DNA of 35,075 nucleotides from Neoechinorhynchus agilis (Eukaryota; Animalia; Acanthocephala): NCBI GenBank assembly GCA_051530055.1, contig JBMGUZ010000024.1, positions 1-35,075 on the forward strand, given 5' to 3'. Shown one piece after another: positions 21,420-32,453 of this stretch. Both the position numbers and the translations under genes were made by a program. The first letter of the stretch is position 1; each line of letters starts with the position of its first letter. Below the pieces are notes generated by a model. That model did no database searches. It was not told the DNA's origin and saw only the letters and a list, made by a program, of their open reading frames with translations.

Positions 21420-21778
21420 AAAGCACAATACGTGCAATCACCACCTCCCGCCAAATTCCAGCTTTTGTCCTTCCTCGACCGTCGCCATCACGCTGGCAGC
21501 ATTGCCTCGTTGTATTGCAAGCGAGATATTTTGTCGCAGGAATACACCTGCTCGTGCGTCACCGGTCGTTTTTCTCAATTTCTTCGAGAGATCATGGAGC
21601 AGAGTGAGTGTCGAGCTGCCAAGCGCTCCCTGCGTCTCTACTCCGAGGCGGACAAAATAGTAAGCCTTGCTAAATCCCTATATTTTCGTGCCTTCCTCCC
21701 TTCCGCTACACTGGCGGCACCTCCAGCGATTTCGAGAGAGTAGGGAATGCTGCTTACTGCGACGGTGTCCATACACGT
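21420..21778 (-). mobile_element. CRE 3' fragment, distal part, split by Gypsy element 2
   Basis: Encodes ..MDTVA..QRGNAASVMAT; close to 13580-13911. Continues at 23924-24010. Confidence 0.85.
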
Positions 21779-21901
21779 TGAGGTAAAATGCGTGATGGCG
21801 TGTATGGATTGTTATTGTGGTGGTCGTGTGTGTGTTTTTTTTGTGCATTTTCGAAGCAAAGCTACAAGTTCATTAAAACCCGTTGTTCCGGTTTCACCAC
21901 A
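21779..21901 (+). repeat. 5' LTR of Gypsy element 2 (123 bp)
   Basis: Direct repeat of 23801-23923 with 10 mismatches. Confidence 0.95.
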
Positions 21902-23800
21902 ATTTAATCAACTGTAAATGGATCGAATCTAACAACCAGCAAATTACAAACAGAACCTAATTCTACTTCGGCGTCACGAAATTGCAGACACTGGAAACAA
22001 ATGCTGGAAAATTTCATGGAATCGATCAAAGATCAGAAAGTAGACAAGCTCAAATGTCTGGTACGATTTATCTCTCCTACAGTTTATAAATTATTTGTCG
22101 AAGTTGACACTTGTGAGAAAGCGATCCAAATTCTTGATGGTTATTATATTAAAAAGGAGAATACGATATTCTCGAGGTACACCTTATTTACCCGAACACA
22201 AAAGCCGTCAGAATCAATAAATGAATACCTTCAAGCCCTCCACCTGATCAGCAGAGGCTGTCAGTTGAAAGCGGTAACTCGAAGGCAGTTTTAATATCTA
22301 AATCTTTAGAAAGCGCTCAGAAAAATGCAGATCTGTATTTGCGTCTGACGTTTTCTACAGTAGCTGCGATCGAGAGCAAAGAGGAACCGGACCAGATGAA
22401 AAATGATGAAAAGGAAGCAATTGCTATAATAGCGGCGGTAAGGAAGTGGAGATGTTTACTATCCTCGAGTACATTCGCACTTGCTACTGACCAACGTAGT
22501 GTAGCTTTAATGATGGATAGCAGGAAGAGAACGAAAATAAAAAACAATAAAATTCTATCATGGAGGATACAGCTAGCGGATCTAAGTTATACCATTCGAT
22601 ATCGACCAGGACCTCAAAATTGGGATGCAGATGCGTTTTCACGAGTATGTGCAACGACAACTGATGTAAATATGCTCTCTCGAATCCACGACCAATTATG
22701 CCATCCAGGCGTGGCTAGGCTCATGAATTATGTTCGGTCCAAGAATCCCCCTTTTTCAATGAGTGAAGTTAAAACAGTCTGCGCGCAATGTCGTATTTGT
22801 GTTGAATTGAAGCCTCAATTTTACTCGCCCGACAAAGACCGTAATCAGCTCATTCAAGCAATAAAACCAATGGACCGCTTGTCCGTTGACTTTAAAGGAT
22901 CTCTGCCCTCCTCAACTAATAACAAATATTTGTTCACTGCGGTCGACGAATACAGCAGGTTTCTTTTTGCTATACCTTGTGCCGATATGAAGAGTACCAC
23001 CGTCATTCGGTGTTTTACTGAGATATTTTCGCTGTGTGGTGTCGCAGTATTCGCACATAACGACAGAGGAATGCTGTTTCTAAGTTCGGATGTCAAGGAT
23101 TTCCTTAGGAAGAGTGCTGTGTTAGTCAGTAAGACGACTCCATACCACCCGATGGGCAATGGTCAAATCGAAAAGTTTAATGGAACGATATGGAAAGCTG
23201 TCTGCCTAGCACTCAAAAATAGAAATATGAACCTGGCCAGATGGTAGGAAGTTTTGCCTGTCGCATTGCATTCGATCGCTGGTTGTTCGAACTTCAAATG
23301 CGACTCCGCAGGAACGCTTCTTCACCTTCCCGCGACGTTCGGGATTGGGGACGTTATTGTCAGATTGGCTTGTAAAGCGTGTCCCCGTATTCCTGAGGAA
23401 ATTTGTGAGGAGCAAGTTTGACCCTTTGGTTCAGGAAGTGGAACTTTTGGAAGCCAATCCGTCCTATGCGCATATTCGTTACCCAAATGGTATTGAATCG
23501 ACAGTATCCACGAAGGATTTAAGTCGATTACCGAGTGAAATTCCGAAATTAACTAAATCCGAAAGAGGTATAGCGGAGAATCAACGGCTGAGAACGAGGA
23601 ACCGACGGAAGTGTATGATGATTAGCAAGGAGACGAAATACTCGCAACTCACTCAGCCCATGACCGACCAAGTGGAAGCTCCATTACGGAAGAGCTGAAA
23701 AACCTCCCCTTTTGCGCAGATCAACAAGAATTATAGAGGTGCCGCTGAAGTACCCGCAATAAAACAATCGGAAAAAAAGAAAAAACAAAGATGGGGAATA

Positions 23801-23923
23801 TGACGTGAAATGCGTGATGGCCTGTATCGATTGTTATTGTGGTGGTCGTGTGTGTGTTTTTTTTGTGCATTTTTGTAGCAAAGTACCAAGTTGATTAAAA
23901 CCCGTTGTTCCGGTTTCACCACA
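23801..23923 (+). repeat. 3' LTR of Gypsy element 2 (123 bp)
   Basis: Follows the PPT and is followed by the TSD. Confidence 0.95.
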
Positions 23924-24010
23924 CACGTTGCGTCCGAGAGAAGGCATTTGCGCTCCCGCCATGGAAAGACCAAAATTCCGTGGTATGTTGTCGACTCTTG
24001 GATCCGTCTC
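23924..24010 (-). mobile_element. CRE 3' fragment, proximal part
   Basis: VFPWRERKCLLSDATC joins MDT at 21773 once the Gypsy element and one TSD are removed. Confidence 0.8.
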
Positions 24011-24151
24011 AGTTATTTGTTCGTGCGAAAATCGATTTCGAGGATGGAACTTGGTGCTGCGTACTGTGGGCAGCGATAGCTATGCTCCGCGTTTGTTTGG
24101 CGTATCCTAACGGGCACGCTCGCTTTTTGCGCGGGGATCCGATCAACGTTA

Positions 24152-24239
24152 AACAGCTGGCCTAGAAGTGATATGGACAAGTGGAATCCAACTGTTTGAT
24201 TAAAACAAAGCATTGCGATAGCTGTAATCGGTGCTGGCG

Positions 24240-24270
<31 letters not shown>

Positions 24271-24370
24271 AAAAGTGGCGAAACTCATTTAAGCGCGGGT
24301 AAACGGTGGACGTAACTAACAAACACGCGGGTAAACGGTGGACGTAACTATGATTCTCCAAGTAACCAAA
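24152..24370 (+). rRNA. Degenerate 28S (LSU) rRNA fragment, upstream half of the R2 target site
   Basis: GGAATCCAACTGTTTGATTAAAACAAAGCATTGCGA..ATGTGATTTCTGCCCAGTGCTCTGAATGT..AAGCGCGGGTAAACGG..GTAACTATGA matches conserved eukaryotic 28S from memory. Weaker similarity may reach back to about 24000. Confidence 0.88.
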
Positions 24371-27040
24371 ACATTTATGATAAGTCATCGGGTACACCTT
24401 CCACCGGGGACTTGGCGCTTCTTCTTTCAGATGGCGCCAATCAACAACTTACGCGTGAGCATGGGCCTACAACTTTGTACTTGAAGTACCATCGCGTCCT
24501 TGAAGAATATATTAAGTGTCCCATATGCAAGCCATATGTAATATGCACTGGAAAAACTAAAGTGAGATTGATAAACGAACGCGTGTCATCAACTCACGAG
24601 CAGGCTGTGGGATGGATATTCGGGATTTGTCTAATGAAGAAGGAGTCAATAGGCTCTATTGGCATCCACTACAAGACGTGTGCAAAGAACCCTGAGAAGG
24701 CAAGAGCATTATTTGATGGTGATAAGGTCGAAAATATAGCCCCTTTAGCAGGAAAAGGCGGCTTAGTCATTGCAAACACAGAGCCAGAGGGACCCGTGGA
24801 ATGCCCAGAATGTTATGCCACATTCCACGGGATTAACCGAACAAAAGTAGTAAAGGATCACCTTATGTCCGAACACGGAACAACCTCAGTGTTGTTTCAG
24901 TGCCCGGCGTGTTCGTCATATAAGTCAGAAAATTATGTATCAATACATAGCCACATAAACGCCTGCAACCGAAGAGGGAAAACGGCTTTATCCTGGTCTA
25001 AAAACGAGGGAATGGAAAGAAAAGAAAGAAATGAGATAAAGGAACCGTCAACCGGCAAGCGGTCATCGAACTGGTTAGCGAGGAGGAACGCGAACGTCCA
25101 GAGATCCCAACAGAAGAAAGCCCATCTTCTGTCCGTCCACCTACCTTTGTAGGAAACATGGAAACGCAAGGCCAGTTCTTGCCAGAAAATCATACGCCAC
25201 AGTCGAGACGCCGGTGTGAAGGTGCACCACAATGGCAGACTGTTCAATCGAGTCGACTGTTTTTACAGTGGTCGAGGCATATGAGAGCGTATTGGATGTA
25301 ATAACAAGAAAACCTTTCATCCAAGGTACAGAGGTTTTCTTGAGACGGAGCGAGATATCCCCCGTCAATCGGAAGGGTCCATTCATGGCGAATTTGTAGA
25401 TGCGGCGGCTATGCGATATGTTCAGTACTTGCGATATGGTCGGAGTTACGAGGTGCCTGAAGTCTCTAGAGCGCGAGAATTAGGCCTTAAAATTATAAAA
25501 CTCAGGAAAGGTCCGACTCAGGTTCTCTCTGCTATTGCCTACCACGTACTGGGTAATCCTTCATTGTGGAAGAAGGTAGCAACGAAAGTCACAATGGAGG
25601 GTCAAAACAACAAGGAATACTATGCGCAAGTTGCACAGAACGTCTCTGACGCTAATGCGCCTCTGGAAGTCCACCTTGGAGGTCTTTTAAAGAATAGCGT
25701 AGTATCTCCTTTGTTCGTTTTGTTCGCCCTCCACCGAGGACACGTGCTTCCTCCGCTTCAGATCCACTTCAACAAAATGATAACAATATTCAACGGCGTG
25801 AACCACAGCAAATCGAATTTGAGGACAAGACCAGTTCAAATGCACCCAAAAATCATCGTCAACAGTTCGAAATCAACGACTCGCTTCGTCTGTCAAGAAA
25901 CGTACGTAACGCAAGCTCCGAACCAAGTGAACTCGTGTATAACATTGATTCCGATGCGCCCCTTGTCTGTCCTGTCTGCGGATAAGATAACGGTTCAAGA
26001 TGTTCGAGGCTTCGATCCGTTACTTCTGTGTATGACGTTGCTCTTTAACTTCGTCATGCAACACGGAGGGCCGCCACAATCGTGGAATGAGTCCAAAACT
26101 ATCCTGTTGCCAAAATCAAGTGCGTCACCGAAGAAGCTGCAAACTCAGGCCGGTTGGAGACCGATTATGATCTCCTCCATTTTGATGCGTGTCTTGCACC
26201 GCATCATTCTAAAGCGGCTTCGAAGAGTATGCTGTCTGGACGCTGGACAAACGGCGTTTGACCCGTCGGCATGTATGGCTAATCTACTCACTCTTCGTAG
26301 TGTTGTTAGAGAAAAGCGGGCAAACAGGAAACCTCTTGCAGTGGCTGTGCTCGACATAAAGAGTGCCTTCGACACTGTTTCACATGCTGCTATAGAGGAA
26401 TCGCTTCATAAAATAAGGTGTCCTCACTATCTCCGAAGATACGCGATGAGCTCTTACTGCGAAAGCAGTACGAAGATCCGTATACCCAACGCCAGACCGT
26501 CAGACCCTATTAATTTCCGAAGGGGAGTAAAGCACTCCCCCTTGCTATTCGAACTGTGTGTTTACGAGGCACTGCTGGAAGTTCGAAGACTTGATATAGG
26601 TGTTCAGCTTAAAGGAAACGTTCGTCTATCGCATCTTGTATACGCAGATGACGTTCACCTGATGTCAAGCCAACATAATCGATTTTGCGGTATACTACGA
26701 AACGACAAGCGAGCGAGGAGAGAATATAATGACCGAGAAGGAAAATAAGTACAAAGTAATCGTTGAGAACGTAGCAACGCAATACAATTTCAAAAACACG
26801 ACATTAAGACTATTGGATTAGCAGTTAAAACAAGAGGAACGTACTCGGCGGCACTATTGAAAAGATTACGCGAGTTCAACTTAGCCAAAAAGACCGCGTT
26901 CAACATGGCACAAACAGCAGCGGAGCCGTCCATTCAAGTTATACAACAATTTTATGGGACATACTTTTTCGCTACGATGCCCGAAAACAATTTACAATTG
27001 TTAAGCTGCGCACCCAAAACAATCCATAGGACACACACAC
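24371..27040 (+). mobile_element. R2-superfamily (R2/NeSL-like) non-LTR retrotransposon, 5' part, decayed
   Basis: N-terminal zinc fingers (CPEC..H..H, CPAC..H..C). RT motifs KTILLPK, WRPI, LDIKSAFDTVSH, RRGVK, YADD. The QGDP motif is deleted and no endonuclease domain is visible. Confidence 0.85.
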
Positions 27041-27066
27041 AAACTCACTGACGCTCGTACTGGAGA

Positions 27067-29945
27067 ATGTCTTTTTGCGAACCTACTTCTTCCGGCATCG
27101 ATGCTACGTCCGCCTCCAAGGTTTCCACAGGTTTGTGTAAGATCTGCTCAAAAGTAGTCAGAGTCACGAAATGGGGTCTCCTCCATGTTCACGGTCCCCG
27201 TTCTTCACGCTGCGAAGGGTCGGGCATGTCCCCTGAAGATATCAGCTCTTCCCCCCCCCAAATTGTGAACTTGACTTTGATTCACAAAATCTTCCCTTAA
27301 TTGTGAAACTTTTTCGTGTCCTTCCCAATCACGTCCTCAAACGAATTCCTAAAGGCGCCCGGTATCAAGTAGGTTCCGCATTTGCGGACCTTTTAAATGA
27401 ATGTGTCTGTAATAATAGCGCAATATCCTGGATGCGTTTGTTCGCCTTCCCTCGACTCGTATTATTCGCCGGTGAGTCCTCAGAGGAATCCTTGACATCA
27501 ATTGTCAAGTCCAGAGTCGCCAACTTCCCTGATAATTTCCTCGCTGTGCTCAAATCTGCCGAGGATCCAACATCCTTTTCGACGAAATCTGAAGGTCCTC
27601 GTCGTTTTTCATTTAGACGCTTAGGAGAACGCGTATCGGCCAAGTTGTCCGACGGCGACATCCGTGGAGCCGTGCGCCTTCTCTCATCAACGGATACTTT
27701 TGCGGGGGACACAATTACCACTTTGAACGCTTTGCGGGAAAAACACCCACCTTCAGCCGTACCACCACCTCCTAGCTCACATTCCCCTTCACCGATAGAT
27801 CTCAAACCGATAGATGTGGTCGAAATGAAAAGGGCCCTCTCCTCATTCGCCGGCGGTTCAAGTCACGGTCTAGACGGGCTCAGACCCCAACATCTAAAGG
27901 ACTTAATCTCGGGGGGAGCGCATTGCGCTGCGGAAAAAGTCGCCAAGGCTTTGACCACTATAGTGAACCTCATCGCTCGAGGCGACACGAATGCCACTGG
28001 AATACATTTCATGTTTTCGGCTTCCCTGTGTGCCCTTAATAAGAAGGACGGTGGGATTCGTCCCATAGCAATCGGAACTACCCTTCGCCGTCTCACCGGA
28101 AAGATTCTGTCAAAAAGGGTCGCGGAAAAAGCAGGCCAGATCCTTAGGCCCGTCCAGCTCGGATGTTGCTCTCCTTGTGGAGCAGAAGCTATAGTCCACG
28201 CGCTGCGTTCTTTTATTAATTCTGGTAGGGGCGTTCAGGTAATCCTGAAGTGCGATTTCGCAAATGACTTCAACACTATTGATCGAGGCATCTTAATCTC
28301 AACAGTCGGAAACACTATTCCAGAGCTTCTCCCCTACTTTCAGTCAGCATATTGCTCTCACACCCCGCTCGTATATAATAATGAACTAATCTGGTCTCAA
28401 TCGGGTGTGCAGCAAGGGGACCCTCTGGGGCCTTTAGGTTTTGCTCTGACGACAAACAATTTGGCGCAATCTCTTCGATCACCATTCAACGCCTGGTATC
28501 TGGATGACGCTACTCTAGGAGGTTCCCCGTCTGAAGTCCTACACGATTTAACGGTTGTTTTAGAAGAATGTAAAAAAATTGGCCTCAAACTAAACCCAAG
28601 CAAGTGCGAAATTTTGGTTTTGAATTGAGGGGACGAGGAACGCGCACAAATTTTGAGAGAGTTTGAAAAGGCCGCACCTAATATCCGACTTATCACCAAG
28701 TCCAGCTTAGAACTGCTGGGAAGCTGCGTTCTCGAGGAAAATATGCAGGCCGAGATCAGGAAAATCAGACCTTCCATTGATATCATCTGTTCAAGGGCCT
28801 CTGAACTTTTCCCTCACGATGCTCTCTTCCTTTTAAAAAATTGCATCTTCATTCCAGGAATCCTCCATAAACTGCGGTCAACCCCTTCCTTTCAATGTCA
28901 GCCCGAATTCAGAGAGATTGATGATTCTTTAAGGGATGGTCTATGTAAGATCTTTAATATTAAGCTCCCCGACACTGGCTGGACCCAGGCATCTTTGCCC
29001 ACAAGCTACGGAGGGATCGGTATTCGTGCCAGCTCAGCCATTGCGCTTCCAGCCTTTCTATCGTCTCTTAGTAGGTCCAAGCGCCTTTCCAGATTGATTT
29101 TGAGACATAATTTTGAGGACATCAGCCTGGAGCCCGCTCTTCATCTTTGGATGTCCCTGTCTAACCTCGACAAGATTCCAGACCTCCCGGAAAAACAGAA
29201 ATCGTGGGACATTCCGTTAGTGGAGCGTGTTCACACCTCACTTTTTGACTCGCTCTAGGACGTGGATAGAACGCGATTAACTGCAGTTTCCTGCAAAGAG
29301 TCCGGCGCCTGGTTGAAAGCTTCGAGATTAGACGGCGAGGCTCTCAGAATCGCAGTGTCTCTGAGGCTCGGGCTCCCGGTTTGTATCCCTCACAACTGCC
29401 GATGCGGGACGGAAGTTGACCCCTCGGGCAGGCACGGATTAGCCTGTAAACGCTCGAGTGGCTGTTTTGCTAGACACGCCGAAATAAACGCATTGCTGAG
29501 CCGCGCTTTGAAAATGGCTAACTCTCCGAATATCCTCGATCCTAGCAACATCTGCAGGATCGATGGGCGTAGGCCGGATGGAGTTACCGTTTTCCTTGGA
29601 GCAGGGGGGGGGTGTCTCCTATGGGACGCAACATGCGTCGACTCCCTTGCAGCCAGCAATCTGCGAGATGCATCCTCTGGGGCTGGGGGAGCCGCATCAG
29701 CAGCTGAGCTCCGTAAGGTTGCAAAATACGCTGAATTTACGAATTCTCATCATTTTGTCCCCTTCGCAGTAGAAACCTTAGGAGCTTTCGGACGTGCGGC
29801 GAGGAGTTTTGTTTTCGAACTGGGGCATCGACTGATCAATTCGACCAATGACAGGAGGGCTCGTTCGTTCCTAGTGCAGAACATATCCTTGGCTATCCAG
29901 CGAGGAAACGCAGCGAGCGTCTTGGGGACGGTGAAGTACGATTGA
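27067..29945 (+). mobile_element. CRE-clade non-LTR retrotransposon C, near full length, nested in the R2-like element
   Basis: CKIC..HGP..RC finger, RT (QQGDPLGP, WYLDD), CIPHNCRC..HGLAC, RPDG, WDATCVD, QRGNA. One frameshift (~27300) and two in-frame stops (28628, 29258). Confidence 0.93.
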
Positions 29946-30116
29946 GAATAATATTGAATGTTAAAAAAACAAAATTGAACCTTTAAAAAAAATTGGATAA
30001 ATAAAAATGGTTTGATTTAAAAAAAACTCACGAAAGCAACCAAAGAACGAAATCAAGCAAAAGATTAAAAAGATTGTAACAGCACAAATTTGTTATAACC
30101 CAATAAATTCGACTTC

Positions 30117-30150
30117 AACCAAATGCTTCGTCGTCTAATTAGTGACGTGC
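30117..30150 (+). rRNA. Degenerate 28S rRNA fragment, downstream half of the R2 target site
   Basis: AACCAAATGCTTCGTCGTCTAATTAGTGACGTGC versus canonical AGCCAAATGCCTCGTCATCTAATTAGTGACGCGC. Confidence 0.85.
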
Positions 30151-31904
30151 TTCTTGAGATTTAGGGAGATATTCTCCGACGATAGGAAGGCTCCATTGAT
30201 AGGGGAAAATACATTTCCAATTATTTTCAAAGAATTACTCACGTTCATTGAGGCTCCAAGGTGCCATCACGGGACCTCAGTAAAATAATTAAAACAAACC
30301 ATCAACTCCAAAATCGCTCAGTTCATCAGCGAACAAAACAGAACGATGCGCGGAACGTACAAACAGCGAAAGGAAACAGATGCCTATTTACAATGTACAA
30401 AAAACGAAAGAAATATAGTTCGTGAAATTATTTGGCGCACATTTAAATTTTTATCATCATTTTTTAATCGAAATAATTTGTGACAATTAGTAATGTAGTT
30501 TGCTTGCTCGAAGTCTTTAAATTATCATGGATTTTATTCTTTTTAAGGTATCGCGTGAAAAATGTTCATTATTGAATTAAAGTGCAGTTTTAAGTTTCTC
30601 CGAATGAAAATTTATAATCGATTTGTAAAGCTTGCAGCATATAAAATATGTTTTCAATCAGATGGAACGATTTGGTGAAGAAGGACTTAGTTTCAAAAAA
30701 AATTCAAGCTAACTTTGCAGCGGACGATGACAAACGGACACCTTATCTTAAAAAGGTTCACTTAATCCCGGAGTAGAGAATGCAATTGCTCGTTCTCCTC
30801 AATTCGAATACAGAAATCAGCTCCTTGAAAAGGATGTCCAACTCAAAGGACCTCCTACACAATAGACATTTTCAAACGTAAATCGGAATGCCTGTTTTTT
30901 CCTATCCCATTAAAAGATTATCACACGTATTAACTATCCAGTTCAATCCGGTAATGCATAAACAATCAATGTTATATTAGACCGTTACCCCGTTTGTTCG
31001 TTCATTCAAAAACCAGCCCGTAAAAAGCATCAAATCGTCGAATCATTTAGGTGGAGCAATGAATGAAGTTCTATTTAACAATCCAAAAATGGCTCTCCCT
31101 TTCTCGCGACTTCCTAAATTCCAAGCTCCCCAATTAGATTTTCAGTCTCCACAACTTAACAAAGAGCTCAATTTCTCACCAAAGGACTTTAGCCGAGTAT
31201 GAGCCTAGAAGGCAGGCAGGTCTCATTTCAATTTTTGAGTTGTCGCTCAATGCAAATGTTATCTCTTCATTCGTTACTCCCTCTTTAATTTTTTTATTCA
31301 ATAAGCAGCAATTTACCATCGTGAACTTATACATAAGACCCGATTTTACGCAGCGTCCCTCCACTAAAAATAAGCTTAAGTGGCTTCTCAAATCTAACAT
31401 CGATGTTATAGTTGGAGATTTTAATGATCCCTCACTTAAATCGATTAAACCAATAGTTAACGCAGTAAGAAATCTCGACTTTACGATAACACTGAATCTC
31501 TCTTTTTAATTGGTCACAAACAACACTCATTCATTCTTAGATCTCTTCGTACATTAGAGGAGTATTAATTTCTTACTTCGAGTAGAATGTCAAGTATTTT
31601 TGTTTGACTTTGCTAGACACGACGTTGCACTGTTGTCCCGCCTACCTAATGACTCAATGCGTCTAAGCTTACACTGAACGCGCTCTCTTTCGTTTAGTAA
31701 TTGATAAACTTTTATCTCTTCAATTTTCTCAGGTTAATCTTAAGTATGTTCCCCTCTTATTAATAACTTTATTTATAGGACTGCTAGCAACTATCGCTAT
31801 AAATCAGAACAGAGATTACTAAGCGCTGCTTGGTTGTTCAGTCGCATGTTTTATCTATTGATGATTGTTTGATTGACAATCCGACTGAAAGAGAGTTTAT
31901 TGAA

Positions 31905-31943
31905 ACACCTAGCTTTCGCCGTCCAACGGCTTCTTCAGGGTGT
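31905..31943 (-). ncRNA. Minimal PLE-type hammerhead ribozyme motif (mirror copy)
   Basis: Exact reverse complement of 32415-32453. Confidence 0.8.
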
Positions 31944-32414
31944 AATCTACAATGCGAGTGAAGTGGAGTGGAAGTTCACATTAGATTCATGACGGCAGAC
32001 AACTCATCCTTCTGGTTAATGAGTGTCCTACCGTCCGACCGATGCCCGCTAGAGTCCTCACGATCCCGGGTCTCTCGGGATATGATCAGCGCTTCCGCTA
32101 TCGACAGTTCGACGGGATCCTGCGCTTTGTACATTATGCGCGTGGACAGCTGAACTGTTCCACCCGGGTGGACTCGCGAATAGAGTCCACCCGGATGGAA
32201 CAGTTCAGCTGTCCACGCGCATAATGTACAAAGCGCAGGATCCCGTCGAACTGTCGATAGCGGAAGCGCTGATCATATCCCGAGAGACCCGGGATCGTGA
32301 GGACTCTAGCGGGCATCGGTCGGACGGTAGGACCCTCATTAACCAGAAGGATGAGTTGTCTGCCGTCATGAATCTAATGTGAACTTCCACTCCACTTCAC
32401 TCGCATTGTAGATT

Positions 32415-32453
32415 ACACCCTGAAGAAGCCGTTGGACGGCGAAAGCTAGGTGT
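32415..32453 (+). ncRNA. Minimal PLE-type hammerhead ribozyme motif
   Basis: ACACC-CTGAAGA-A-GCCGT(tgg)ACGGC-GAA-AGCT-A-GGTGT: 5-bp helix I, 5-bp helix II, palindromic helix III, CUA cleavage triplet. Confidence 0.82.

Larger units (their letters stand above)
21779..23923 (+). mobile_element. Ty3/Gypsy element 2, internally deleted (gag piece, RNase H piece, integrase), both LTRs and 5-bp TSD
   Basis: TG..CA LTRs. TSD CACGT at 21774-21778 and 23924-23928. PPT GATGGGGAATA before the 3' LTR. HHCC zinc motif and integrase core (VDFKG, HNDRG, QIEKFNG). Protease and RT are missing. Confidence 0.95.

Noticed and set aside
24010-24290. Continuation of the CRE fragment (ORFs 24013-24288, 23905-24165)
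   Set aside because: The region is better explained as 28S-derived sequence on the + strand.
24371-24450. HDV-like ribozyme at the R2 5' end
   Set aside because: A TTGGCGC/GCGCCAA hairpin is present, but I could not assemble consistent P1, P2 and J4/2 by eye.
31968-32390. Four duplicated short ORFs (MEVHIRF.., MPARVL..)
   Set aside because: Antisense frames created by the palindrome.
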